NCBI GenBank assembly: GCA_013239625.1
Contig: MU053652.1
Location: forward strand, 310,001-374,000
Origin: Lama guanicoe
Lineage: Eukaryota
DNA length: 64,000 nucleotides
Reading direction: 5' to 3'
The notes beneath the pieces were generated by a model. That model was given only the letters and a program-made list of their open reading frames with translations, was not told where the DNA came from and made no database searches. Position numbers and translations under genes: made by a program. This document shows, in pieces, positions 26,452-39,994 of this stretch (positions within the stretch are counted from its first letter, which is position 1; each line of letters opens with the position of its first letter).

Positions 26452-26650
26452 AAATAGTGTCTGGATTGCCTGCAGTCTCACCCAACCGGTTGGTAACAGA
26501 TTGAATTCAGAATCTTTATCTTCTGACTCAGATTCAAGGGATTATTTCTGTATTGGCCTTTGCTACTGTCAGTATTATCTTCCATCATAAACAAACCTTT
26601 GCTGCTCTAAAGGCCAAAAGAGAAGCTGCAAATCTTTCTAACAACGCGGG

Positions 26651-27074
26651 TACATTAGTCAGGGTTCTCCAGAGGAAAAAAACCAATAGAATATATAATT
26701 ACAATAAGGAATATATAAGGAATTGGTTCACATGAATACAGAGGCCAGAAGTCCCAAGGTTTGAAGCTGGTAAGCTGGAGACCCAGGAGAGCTGATGGTA
26801 GAAATTCCAGGTCAAGAGCAAGGAAGACAGATGTCCCAGCTCCACAGTCAGACAAGCAGAGTTCCCTCTTATTCAGTCTTTTTGTCCTGTTCAGGTCTTC
26901 CATTGACTGGAGGAGGCCCACACACATTAGGGAGGGCAATGTGCTTCACCCAGTCTACCGATTCACATGTTAATCTCAACCAGAAACACTCTCACAAATG
27001 AACCCAGAATGATATACCAAGTGTCTGGGCACCCCATGTCCCAATCAAATTGACAGGTAAAATTAACCATCAGA
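26651..27074 (-). mobile_element. MLT2 ERVL LTR
   Basis: attagtcagggttctccagag...ggaggcccacacacattagggagggcaat...aaattgacaggtaaaattaaccatca. Confidence 0.9.
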
Positions 27075-27914
27075 GAAGGTAACACTTATGGGTGGTTTCT
27101 AAGTAAGGTACGGAGAGAAATTCCTTGGGAAACTGGAAAAGAATAAATTTCACATCTTACATACTATCATTTTATCAACCACCCTGTCCAGCCAAATGGG
27201 CCTCGTGGACGGTCTGCTTGACCATCCTCCTCCATTTCATGCCCCACTGTCACGCAAACCACAAAAAGAGTTATTGAGAAGTCTAGGATACACTTAGAAA
27301 TAGTAAGAACAACAATAATAAAAGAGTCCCAGCTGCAAGTCAAAAGCACTAGCAGACAAGAAGTGGCTTTGGAGTTCTTTTCCCTTCCAATGAAACATTG
27401 TATATTCAAAAGTAGAAAGAGGATGGTAAAGAGAAATCATACCTTGAGTCATGCCACAGGTCCTTTTAGTGAGACTTGGGATGCTGGCAACGTGCATTTC
27501 TGGAGAACAAAAATCAGTAACCGTCAGATGTATAGGAAAGAATCCTGACCTTTGGCATCTCACTGCCCTTACATACCCAGGTGAGCAAATTTGTTCTTGA
27601 ATTACTTATGTGCTCTGTAAAGAGTCTTGCAGATACAAACAACTCTGAATATGCATAGTATTTTCATGATGAATAAATAGAGGCTTAGGGCATTTTTAAA
27701 GTTCATTAATTATTGAGGTTCCCTCAAGCAGCTCTCACTCTGTCACGTTTTGATTTTCATTCCTGACCAAGTCAAGTTACTCAAGAGTCCATCTTGACTG
27801 TGAATTCATTCAGAAAGTGATTTATGGCTTTTTATAAAATTCTATTGCATAAAAATCTTGTTGGGAAATTTGATTTTAACTCTTTTGGTAATGAGTTGCT
27901 CTTCATACTATAGA

Positions 27915-29392
27915 TTTTTTAAAAATTGTGGTAAAATATGCGTAACATAAAATTCACCATCATTTAACCATTTTAAGCATACAGTTTAGTAGCATTAAGT
28001 ATATTCATGGTGCTGTGCAATCATCACTGTCATCCATTCCCAGAATTCTTTTCATTGTGCAAAATTTAAACTCTACATCCATCAGACAGTAACTCCCCAC
28101 TCCTTACCTCAGCCCCTAGAAACTGCCATTCTATCTTCTGTCTCTGTGAATTTGCCTAGTCTAGGTATCTCAAATTCAGTAGACTCATACAGTCTATGTC
28201 TTTGTGTGACTGGTTTATTTTATTTTACATAGCATAATGTCCTGAAGGTTTATTCATGTTGTAAAGTGTCAAAGTTTTCTTCCTCTTTAAGGCTGAATCA
28301 TAGTCCCTTGTAAGTATATACCACATTTTGCTTATCCCTTAATCTGTTAGGGGACACTTGGGTTGCTTCCACCTTTTGGCTACTGTGAATAATGCTGCTA
28401 TGGACACGGGTGTGCAGAAACCCTGCATTTTATTCTTTTGGGTATATACCTAAATGTGAAATTGTTGGATCATATGATAATTCTATTTTAAACTTTTTAA
28501 TAAACTGCCATACTGTTTTCTTTAGCGGCTGTATCATTTTACATTCCCACCAACAGTGCAGAAGGGTTGCAATTTCTCCACATCCTCACCAAAACTTGTT
28601 ATTTTCTGGGTTTTTTGTTTGTTGTTTTGTTTTATTTTTGATAGTAGCCATTCTAATTAGTGAGAAGTTGCATCTCCTTGTGGTTTTTGGTTTGCATTTC
28701 CCTAATGATTAGTGATGTTGAGCATCTTTTCACATGATTATTGGCCATTTGTATATTTTCTTTGGAGAAATATCTATTCAAGTCATTCGCCCATTTTTTT
28801 TTTTAAACTGAAGTATAGTCAGCTTCCAATGTTGTGTTAATTTCTGGTATACAGCATAGTGATTCAGTTATTCACATATATATTCCTTTTCATATTCTTT
28901 TTCATTATAGGTCATTATAAGGTATTGATTATACTTCCCTGTGTTGTACAATAGGATCCTGTTGTTTATCAATTTTATACTTTGGCCATTTTTAAATCAG
29001 GTTGCTTTTCTGTTGTTGCGTTGCAGGAAGTCTGGATACTTATGTTTAATCAGCTGTATGATTTGCAAATATTTTCTCCCATTCCCAGGGTTGCATTTTC
29101 ACTCTGTTGACAATATTCTTTGATGCACAACTTTAAATTGTGATTTAGTACAGTTTATCTATTTTTACTTTAGTTACCTGTACTTTCGGTGTCATATCTG
29201 AGAAATCACTATCAAATCCAATGTCACGAAGCTTTTCTATGTTTTCTCCCAAGAGTTTTATAGTTTTCGCTCTTTTGGTTTGGTCTTTGATCCATTTTGA
29301 GCTACTTTTTATATAGGGTATAAGGCAAGGGTCCAGCATCATTCTTTTGCATATGGACATCCAGTTTTCCCAGTATCATTTGTTGAAAAGAC
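27915..29392 (-). mobile_element. L1MA/L1MB 3' portion (ORF2 C-terminus and 3'UTR), interrupted by a younger L1
   Basis: ORF 29145-29360 (ICKRMMLDPCLIPYIKSSSKWIKD...KTIKLLGENI) is an L1 ORF2p C-terminal remnant, with a typical antisense 3'UTR. Confidence 0.92.
28799..28980 (-). mobile_element. Nested artiodactyl-type L1 3' fragment
   Basis: Poly-T then aactgaagtatagtcagcttccaatgttgtgttaatttctggtatacagcatagtgattcag...; flanked by ttcgcccattttt / tttggccattttt. Confidence 0.8.
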
Positions 29393-29549
29393 ACTACCAC
29401 TTTTTAAAAAATGTTTTTGATTCTTGAAAGAAACCAAGATTGTCTCTTCAGGCAGAGAGCATTAATGTGATACAAGATGGGACCAACCATAGGGCAGGCA
29501 TTACTCAGTACCTGACTAGTATCCATTTAATAATCTCTAAGACATAGAC

Positions 29550-29780
29550 ACTGGTTAGTCTTCACTTCTCCCTGCCCCTTCTGTTTCCTTCTAGTCTCTG
29601 GATTCCTGGAGGGCTGACTCCTGCAGACAGTATCCTGGCTCCCTTGCCACTTGTCTTTTGATCAGTTTTGGCCAATGGGAGGACAGGCAAGAGAATGGTC
29701 AGAGTTACTGTCAAAACTCCTGCAACTCTCTGTGACTATGGTTCTTGTCCGAAGGTCCCCTTCTATAGCTTCAACGAAGG
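29550..29780. mobile_element. LTR33-like ERVL LTR fragment
   Basis: ggagggctgactcctgcagac...cccttgcc...tttggccaatgggagg. Confidence 0.5.
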
Positions 29781-32700
29781 CATTGTTTATATACATTCGG
29801 CCACGGAGACATGTTTAACCCAGGGATAGATTACATTAAGCAGTAATTTCTATCAGAGGCTAATGAGGGATGGCACAAATCTGGGACAAGTATTCTACTT
29901 TTTTTAATCTCGCTCCTTTAGCCATCTCTCAAAAGAGCTGCATCTTCCCTCATCTCATTTCTCTTCTATGAATTTGAACCTAACTAATGAGCAAACTCAA
30001 TCCACACCCAACTGTGCCTCGGTTATCAAGCTAATCCGACTGTGTCCGGAAGGGACGTCTGCTAGCTAGCTGGACTTGAATTAGAGCATTCTGTAAACTA
30101 CACCCAGAACTTTGTACCGTAGGGGTGAATTCTGCGCACACATGTAGTCAGAATTACAGTACTTCCCTCACCTGTCATCCACCCTCACTGCTGATGCAGT
30201 TCTTAAGATGTTTCTGCACTTAAAATCTCCAACAACCTCTGGGCAGCAGCTATCAGAATTGCAGGTTTACACCTCAGCAGAGAATAATCAGATCAGTGCA
30301 CTACTTGTGGGATATTTTGTGAACCCAGCATTTTCCAAGGATGACAGTCATCACAATTTACAAGGTTACATGTTAATTCTTAGTCCTTTGCCATCTCAGA
30401 AATTACCCTGTATGTTAAAATTTTACAGAAATAAATGGATTGGGATCATAGTTACGACTACAGATGGAGAGATCTTCTCATGCCCTATCAGTTCATACTT
30501 ATTCAAATAATGACTAGGAAGCTGGGAGAGAGGACTTTCGAGTTTGATTCGTATCTCCCCATCCAACGATTTCTCAAAGCAGCTGCCAAGTCTTCTTAGA
30601 TAAATCCTAAACAATATTTTATATTTTCATTATGCTTGTTTCAAAAAAATGAAGGTAAAAAGACAACGTATTTTTCACCATGGCAATAAACCTGCGCAGG
30701 CAGAGAATTGGATGTCAGAATCTTTAGTAGCCGCCACATTATTTAGCTGATGAATTAACAGGAATTTGTGGAAGAGGAGGTAGGATTTAAAGTTAAAGCT
30801 GAATAACAATTAGGTTTTAGTGTCATTAAAATTCTGCTTTCAGCTGCTACTAATTTTCTTTTTGACCACAAAAGACATTAGTTTTTCCGAGTAAAGAGGA
30901 AAAAGATCTATCTTGTTTTACAACACAGCCCACTGAAGAGGCTGCCACAGTAGTAAGAGGCAGGCATTTGAATTGTGTAGACAGAAACAGATGAAGAGGA
31001 CAGAGGAAGCTGGAGAAAGAAAAGAGTGAGCTGGGATGCCTGAGAATCTAGGAAGAGTGAACAAAATTCAGATTGGCAAGAGTAACACTTTCTAGTGGTA
31101 GGAAAACAGATGAGGGAGAGGAAGAAGAAAAACAGCATCTGGACCCCACCTCGACACAGGGGGTGGGGAACATGGGACACCAAGATGTCCACTGCTGAGA
31201 AAAAGATCAGGTGCTTTGAAAGGGAAGGTTGGGGATATTATGCAAGGCCAAAAACAAGTTCACTTAGCGCCACATGACAGTATGGTTATTAGTTTTAAGC
31301 CTTTAGCAAATTTTCATCATTGAGATACTAGTTGGTATTTGGAACTTACATGGGGTGAAGGACTTGGATTCACAGCATGGTTGTGCTTTACCACACTTCC
31401 TTCCCCTCCCCTAAAAAACTGCTGGTCTACTATTAGTGTCACCAGGACTATCCACCCACCTAATTCCTGATTAGCGATAATAAATATGGAAATGGAGTAC
31501 ACTGCATTGTTAAGCAGGACTATTTACGTATTGAGAGCAGAAGAGCATAAGCACCTTAATTATGTGACAGACTGTAGAACCGGAGCTGTCAAAGCTACAA
31601 TTCTGAGCTCAAATATTCAAATACGGAACCATATAAAGAGAGGAAACATTACAGCGTGAGTACTGCATGGAAATCCCAAAACAGAGACCAGGCTACCACC
31701 ACCAGACCTCAAGACTACTTAGAAAATTGGACATTCTTCTTAAAGAAAGGCTGGTCAACACAGAGCTCCTGGAGAAAAGCAGCAAATCAAAGAGAGCTGA
31801 TTCCATACATTCTGGGCCACGCCACCTGAAGAGAGGAATAAGAACTCCCTCTCAAGGAGCAACAGTTAAGAAGAGAGCTGCCAAGAGAGGCTGAGATAAG
31901 AAAGCAATGACTCAGCAAGAAGATGGCAGCCCCTTCAAAATGAAATGTGGGTCAGAGCCTCAGCCCTTCCTAGCCTTCCTAATGGCTCCTCTGAGGGCAG
32001 TTCTGTTAGCTTTGCAGTCATCCCCTAAAGACAAGAATGAACACCCCATGACCTCATCCCAGCCCTAAAAGGGGTCACCATTTAGTTAGCAAATGGCAAC
32101 CTTTCTTTATAATTTACATACTAATCAGAATCTTCTATTCCTGGAATTTCTCTTAGGGAGACAAGATGAACAGGAAAAGGTGCCTATGCTAACCTTTGGT
32201 CTAGCAGGAGAAAGTGCACTAAGTATATATATGACTCATATAGATGGGTGGGTTTTGTAATACAATGTGAGAGATACCACGGAGCTATGGACCAAGAGCT
32301 GAGGGGGCTGTGGCTAACTGGGCCCTTTTTGAACTCAGGCATTCTCACTGTCTTGGGCTAGTGAACAATCACGGTGTCAAGTCCTAGTGAGGAGAGAAAG
32401 GACATGCCAGTGTGTTCCCTCTTGTTTGAGTCTGCTAATGTGCTAGACTGACTCTAGACACCCCTCTTTCTCTGTATTTATGAAAAGTACCTATTGTCCT
32501 TGCTTTCTCAGAAGACTACATGGAACTGTAAATTATTTCATATGTTTCCCTTGAAAGCAAATCTATGATGTCAACCCCCCAGCAAATTAGTAAGCAGCTG
32601 GTCCACCCAGTATCGCCACCATTTCTAACACAGATAAAAGGATTTCACAGTAAGGGCGCCTGGTATATGGCAGGCACTATGCTGGGTTCCTCACGTACTT

Positions 32701-34044
32701 TCTGATTCTTAATATTCACAACAGTAGGAATTACTATTCCCATTTTGCAAACCAGAAGACAGAGTTTAGGAGGTTAGCTGACTTGCCTAAGAGAACGTGT
32801 TGCCAGTAGATGGTATAGCAAAGAAATGTAAACAAAGTTTTTTTTGACCCCAAAGTCAAAACTGAACTATAATCGAGTACCACTGAAATCACTTAGAGGA
32901 AAAAAGCCGAGGTTTCATTAGCTTAACAAGTGGAATTAAAAACTGATGCCCGGGCTGAAAGCATTCCTTGTTATTTGCAGAGCTAGTGTCTGTTACCTCC
33001 AACCTCCACTCCTCCCCTCCTTCCTAACAGAACTTCAACCTCCTCCAGGATCCCTGCTTTCCAGCAGCCAGGAGCTGCTTGCAGGAGGCTGGCCCCATCC
33101 AGCGGCAGCCCCTGCTGAGGGCCTTGATCGATTTCAGGCAGGCAGAGTGTCCCGTTCCTTGCTGGTGAATGGCTTAGGATGAGCACATGGCACTTGTCTG
33201 GCCAATGTATGTCTTCACTGGAGGGGCTTCTGGGTTTTTTGGTTTTTTTTAATGGTTCAGAGGCAGACATGGTCTCTTTTTATATGGACTGGTGACACTC
33301 CCACATAAGGCTCTTGGAACTGTGTTAGCATATGTAGTGGGGTAGGTATGGGGTCAGAGGGAGCCTGGGTTTCCTAAAATAGCCACCCTCTGCCCAAGCC
33401 AAGGACTACCTTGCTTTCACTATTTCCCTTGATGAAGGAATCACTCTTCAACGTGTCCCAGGGTTGCGTGATCTATTTCTCTTTTCTTTTCTTTTGGTAG
33501 AATCTGGGGCAGTTAATCACTTCACATTCATTCCTCTTTTGTAATATAGAGACCTTTACTCTGTGAAATGCAGAGCAATTTCACAGAAGCCATAGGAAAC
33601 TTCTCTCCCACTTTTTTTTTTTAAATAAGGTCAAACAGGTATCTGTCAACAAAGGGCAGTCGATTGGCGCTCCGGCTCTTTAATGTGATGATGAGATAAT
33701 GCCACTCTCTGATTTCTCTGGCTCTTCAGTGGTCACCAGACCGCACCCCGCGTGCCCCTCTTCTCCCAGTTCAGTCCCCTCTCAGCATCCTCCTCCCACT
33801 TCTCTCTCTCAAATTCAAATGAATTTTTCAGTATTCTCTGTGTTCTTTATACTCCCAACCTTTTCACGTTGCAACTTCATGCTCACAGGGCACCCCAGAT
33901 TTTTATCCTTCAATTCAGTTCAACAAAGGCTTATGGAGGGCCTACCATGTGCAAAGCACTGTGACAAACACAGTGCAAGATACAAGCCTGAGTGAAGTTC
34001 CTGCCCTCAGGTAGCTTATACTCCAGTAAAATACCTCAAAAAAT

Positions 34045-34200
34045 TTAAAATATTAATTCTACGTTGAAATGGTAATATTTTGGACATATTGGATTAAATA
34101 AAATATTTTATTAACATTAATTTCACCTGTTTCTTTTTACCTTTTTAAATGTGACTGCTAGGAATCATTTAAGTACTTGTGGTTCATTGCTGTGTATTGC
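34045..34200. mobile_element. MER33-like hAT fragment
   Basis: gttgaaatggtaatattttggacatattggattaaataaaatat...attaatttcacctgtttctttttac. Confidence 0.75.
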
Positions 34201-35936
34201 TTTGATATGATTTCAAATCCACTCATTCATGACAAAGACCAAAAAAAAAATGTTTTTTTTTTGGAAGTTTGGTTACAAGAATGAAGTAAGCTGTGTCAGA
34301 ATGTCATCATCTCTTCCATTCGTGTTGATAAGCACTCGGAGCTTGATTGATAAACCCACTAACATATCAAGAAACAAATAAGGTGAGAGGACATTTAGAT
34401 TATAATACCCAGAGTCTGTGAGACTATCCCAGAGTTTCCATCTGAGCAAGGAGACTCTCTGCTGACCTAAACGGCTCTCCAAATACCCAAGGGGCATTAG
34501 CTCCGATGGTCGTCAAGGTGATTTGTTTATTGGCAGTGCCAAACCTTGCAGATGCTCCTTGAAGATCACCTCGCCCACCAACACCGGCCCGTTGCTCCCT
34601 CGCAATGTGCACCAGTCACAGGGACTTTGGCTTTTGCGCGGGCAGGGGGACGTCAGCTCTCGGTTGGTCAAGCCAACCCTCTGGAGTACCAACTCGTATA
34701 AAGGTTCCCCTGGAACTAAAGTTGGACTTTATTCCCTTCATCTCCTCTTGCCTGGAACAACAGCGTCATTACCCTGGACTGGAGTGTCATTACGTGGACT
34801 GGAGCATGTTGTTTCTTTACTGGCCTATTAAGAGACATTACCTTGTATGTTATTCTCTTGTGAAAGTATTTTAATTCCTGCAGCAAACCTGTGTTAAGTA
34901 AAATATTGATGAGAGCAGTCTCAGTCTCTGAGCATGACAGGCGCCTAAAACAAAACACTCACGTTGTATTTTTACTGATGAGGCCATGAGGTAAGTGTAG
35001 TTTTGGTGACACATCACCATGTGAGCTCTTATCCACGTTTACTTGACTTAGTAAGGTTTGATGATGAGGTCATACGAGCTTTGTTCCCTTTTTCCTGGCT
35101 CCCTAAATACTTAAGCAGAGAAGAGGTATGGTCGGGTGTGAATTCAGTATATTATTCTACTACCTTTCGCCGTGGAACGTGAAGGGTTTTCTGACTCTGC
35201 TTTAAAGAAAGTACATTCTCCTTCTGGTGCTAAAAGCATCCAAGGTCTTCTTCCCAGATGCTGCTTCTTTTATCTCTTTCCCTGATGCACCTATTAAGAA
35301 TAGTTCGATGACCAGAGCTTCCTCCATCAGACAGCTCAGTGCTCACCAACTGATTAACTCTTCAAGGAGAGCTGAGCTGCTCTCTGCTGGCTTTGCTTTC
35401 TCACTGCTTTGGTGGTTCTACTTCTGCTTCTGCTAAGGCCTAAAGGGCAAAATGGGGCAATCACCCTCAGGGGCTGCAGGACCTGAGGCTTGAGTTCATG
35501 ATTTTGTTTTTCCAGCTGGGAAGGACCTTCCTTGACAAACAGCTATTCATTTCATTATTTTGCCTTTGAACAGAGAAGGATAACTTTGCTAAAAGCAAAG
35601 TCTTTTACTGGCTAAATCTTTCCTTTGTTAATAGTACTTGAAAGAAAAACAACCCGTATTTGAATAGATTAGCACCACCTTTAAATGGATTTCCAGTGGA
35701 TTTTTCCCCCATATTTCACTTGACTTCTTGTATAGTGGAACTTTTTCAGCTGGCTTCAAAATTTCAGTTCTGTCGTCTAGGTGAATGATGTCACATTTTC
35801 TTCCATGTTCAACTGCCTGCTGGACTCCTCTGCTTGGGGCCCCCACAGACACCCCAAAGTCAGTGTGTACAAAGGAACCCCTCAATCTTGCCCCCCTTCA
35901 TGGGGAGGCGTTCCTCACTGAATGGGTAAATGGCAC

Positions 35937-36536
35937 TGTTACCAAACTCAGATTTGGCTTCTCACTGCTGGAAAGCCAATATTTGAGAAACAAGTGCTGG
36001 TAGGAACAGAAAGTTTGCTTTATTCAGGAGGCCAGCAACCCAGGGAGAAGGTAGACTTGTATCCAAAAACCAACTCCAAAGATTCTGTTCAACCATGAAA
36101 GCTTTTAAAGGGGAGGCGGGGGCTCGGGGAGGAGGCAGAGGCTTCCTTACCTTCCACTGTGTGCAGACTTTCTTTTGATTGGTTGGTGGTAAGGCAACAG
36201 GGCGGCGTTCCAGGAATACTGTGCTTGGCCTGAAGTTACCATCTTCTGCCTGGGTGGGGCCCTGGGTTCCTGCAGAAGAACTCTAAGGTGTTTTGTTGTA
36301 TATATTCCTTGAGGAGGAACCAGGACCCTGCCCCAAGGCTGCACTAATGTTTCTTGACTGCTCCTCCTTAGTTTCTGCATTCCCTCCCTTCCCTGATTAG
36401 CAACTGTTTGAATCTGCCCTTTGGAGCTCAGGGAAGGTCAAGGAGGCTAAATAAAGCCAATGTCCTACAAAGAAGAAGGGGGGTATACAGAAGGATTTGT
36501 ACCCAGGAGGGCCCCACAGGGTCCTGCTCTGTTTCA
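35937..36536 (-). mobile_element. 600-bp ERV1-class solo LTR (MER41-like artiodactyl family, tentative)
   Basis: TG...CA termini with a 4-bp near-TSD (GCAC/GCTC). On the minus strand, CCAAT (36182-36178), a TATA-like TTTAAAA (about 36109-36103) and AATAAA (36024-36019) occur in U3-R order. Confidence 0.8.
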
Positions 36537-37147
36537 GCTCTACCATTCTCCCAGTCACCAGGCTCAAAATGCTGACAATATTATGGTCCATTCCTCTCTC
36601 TCCCGTCCTCTCCACTCTTGACCTTTAGCCAGGTGAACACAGACTTTCATCTCTCATCTGCATCCCCTCTTCTCTGTTCTGCTTCCATTTGCCTGTTTCT
36701 GTCCTTGGCTTCTTTCTCAGATGACTGTCGTGGCTTCTGACCTAGGCTGCTGCTTACCTCTCACTTCCCTAAGGAGGTGTGTCCAAGTTCATTCTCCTGC
36801 GGAGGCTCTGATCCAGTCACGTCCCAGCACACAGCCTGGTTCCCCATGACCTGCAGACCAAAGTCAGGCATCTTAAATCACTTCCTGCCAAAGTAGATGT
36901 AAATAAAGAGAAATATAACATAACCGAGAAGCAAACTCCCCAGATAAGAAATTTCCTGGCATTCAAAGCTCTCTATGCCTGACCCCAGTATAACTTCCCT
37001 CAGCTCCTCTTCCGTTCTTGGTTCCAGTAGAACTGAACTATAGAATGCTCCTGAGATCCAAGCACATTTGTAACTCAGTGAGCATGTGTTCCTCTCTACA
37101 CCAGAGGGTCTCTTCTCCCGTGTAGAAAAATATAGTCCTACAAGTCT

Positions 37148-37569
37148 TACTGGTTTGCCAGGTAGGGCTGCTGTCACAAAGCAGCACAAACTGGGTGGCT
37201 TACAACAGCAGAAACTTACTGTCCCACAGTTCTGGAGGCCGGTCCAAAATCAAGGTGTCAGCAGGGCCACGTTACCTCTGAAGGCACTAGGAAGGGTTTT
37301 GTTCCAGGCCTCTCTCCTAGCTTCTGGTTAGTCCCTTGGCTTGTGGTAGCATAATTCCAGTTTTCATATGGCATCTCCGCACGTGTCTGTGTGGCTTCAA
37401 ATTTCCCCCCTTTTAAGGATGAGGGGCTCATCTTACTCCAGTGTGACCTCAGCCTGACTATTCACATCTACAGTGACCCTATTTCCAAATGAAGCTGCTG
37501 CATTCTGTAGTACTGGCGATTAGGACTTCATCACATGAATTTGAGGTGATACAATTCAGCTCATACCAC
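37148..37569 (-). mobile_element. MLT1B/C-type MaLR LTR
   Basis: agggctgctgtcacaaagcagcacaaactgggtggcttacaacagcagaaa...cacagttctggaggc...ccctatttccaaat...acaattcagctcatacca. Confidence 0.88.
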
Positions 37570-39131
37570 CATCCTTACAGCCAAATTCAAATGTCACCTC
37601 CTTATGGAAACATCCGGGGCAGACTCTCCCTACTCCAAGCTTGACAATCTCTGTCCCTCCTTGACGCCCTCTGGCCTAAGGAACTCCTAGAACTTCTCTG
37701 CGCTTTATGACACAAGTACTGGCTTTGCAACTGGTTCAGGCGTGGCAGTGGGTGCCGAGCTGTGTTTTGACGAGAATGATGACCCTGCTTGTAGGCGCTC
37801 TGATTCCCATGTCCATCTCTCATCTCCCTTGGAAGATGGAGGAGAAGCATCCACGCTTCAAAGGGGGCTCTCCTTGGCCCTGGGAACCTGCCATGTGTGG
37901 TGAGGTGGCGTCCCGGCGGCAACTCCCTGCCATGACAGTGGGTCCCAGAACCAGTGCTGACTTCTGAAGACAGTTCTGAGGACTCCCTCACTCCCAACTG
38001 CTCCAGGCTGTACTTCCCATCGCTCCCTCAGAAAACTGAGATTGCGCTGAGCCATGCCCACCCGCCAGCAGCTCGTCCAGCCACAGCAGATAATCTGCTA
38101 TTTAAGATGCAGATCTTGGTTTCTCTCCACAGCCTGCCCAGCCACACTTTCCATTTTTGATTAGGAGATAGCGCCCTGTGTGCAAGAACCGGGTCGGGTC
38201 ACACCATTTAATAAAGCTGTCATGACTGATGGGAGCATGACACACAAAAGGGAACAGGAGTCACACGGCTGCATTCTTCGCGGCATGAAATCCTGCAGCT
38301 TCTACTGGGGTAGGGACCTTTTTGATGTCACGGGGTGAGGGACTAAGTCATAATTATGTAGATCTAAATTACCTTCCAGCAAACCCACTGGTGCTTCTTC
38401 ATTAACGTCGCAGCAGGCTTTAATTCCAGCCTAAGACTGATCACCCTTCAGCTGCCCGACATCCAGCCTACAGAATATGTTTGGAATTAAGCAGGGACTT
38501 TGGCTGAGAAGAACACCAGGTGCCATTTCTCTCCTTTTGTCTCAGACCTGATTTTGATTAAGTGAGCGTCCTCCTCTCCCGTTAGTACTGGGGATGCGTG
38601 TTTGCCGAGCTCTGCACCTTTTACTTCACTGCCCAAAGCTCACAGCACTGATACCTGAGAACCCAGGAGTTATTAGGACCCTGGATATCACTGATGATCA
38701 GAGTTTTCATCAGAAGGCAGTACAACTCCAGGTCCGATTTCTTTCAGAACTGTTTATGACTAAGGTGGCCAACTGACATGATCATGAACATTTTCTAGGC
38801 CAATGTCAGGCTCAGAATCAGAGCTGTACCACCTTTGTGTCTTTTTCAGGGCCAATGAAATAACCAGGAGAAGAGGCTTAGGGATACTGAGGATCTGCGA
38901 GGAACTCGGATATCTCCATTCCACACCAGGTCGTGGAGGCTGATCCCTGGTCACAGTGCAGGAGGCCCTAAGACTGGCTAGTTGATCCTTCTTTTGGGTC
39001 ACCTGGAAGCTTGTTTCGGCAAGGACAGTCTATGAGCCAAAACCACCTCCTCCATCTTCCATTAGGGTGAACCAAGGAGTCTGCCTCCTAAAGTTAGCAA
39101 CATAAAATAGCCTTGTTTTAAGAGACTTCAA

Positions 39132-39185
39132 TGACACAACATTGTAAGATGATTATAACTCAATAAAAAATGTTTAAAAAAAATA
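39132..39185 (+). mobile_element. 54-bp extremely 5'-truncated L1 with perfect 12-bp TSD
   Basis: tgacacaacattgtaagatgattataactcaataaaaaa plus A tail; AAGAGACTTCAA at 39120-39131 and 39186-39197. Confidence 0.85.
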
Positions 39186-39994
39186 AAGAGACTTCAAGGT
39201 GGTCCCTGAAGCAACAGACAAAGAGATCTTCTTTTCTCCACTAAAGAGGGAGCTCAGCTTTCATACTCATCTTAGGGGATCGGCTACAGATCCGTTAAGG
39301 TATTAACACCTTAAGATGATAGAGGTAATTTTTTTTCCATCTGTAACAGGGAATATCCTTCAGTTTACTTAAACTGAGTAATGTTTAGCCCTAAGAAATG
39401 CATACAGGAGATGACAGAGCTGGGAGGAACGTTCTGGGCCAGAAGATCCTCCAACCAGAATTAGCTGGTGGGCTTAAAGAAGGAACACACTGGCAGGCCC
39501 CGCTCGAGGCCTACAGAGTCCGCATCTCCCGTGGCTGGGAGCTGGATCTTCTTCTCCTCTAAGCTTCTGTTGGGCTTCATTTTGATTGCAACAATTCTCC
39601 TAATTCTCCTACGTGGTTTCTGGTCTCCGTTTTTTATTTTTATCTTTGTTTGTTCATGTGTGTGTATCATAGTTCCAGACTTTTTCAAACTCTTTCTGGA
39701 AAACAGATGGCAGTGGTAGTGGTGGGTGCTAAATTGTAAGTAAAATTAAAAACAGAGGTCACTCACAAAAATCATCTGCCCATAGAGAAAGAAACCACAT
39801 TCATCATCTATGATAAATGACCATCTATTTTTCCTTGAAAACTTTAAGTGACAAGCAGCTCACTATTTTAAAATGTGACCTATTTCAGTGCAGGCTGCTC
39901 TCACTATAGAAAGTTCTTCCTTGTTTTAAAACAAGATTAGTTTCCTGGTAACATTTCTCTAGTGATCTTAATTCTTTTCCTTTTTTAACTAAAT

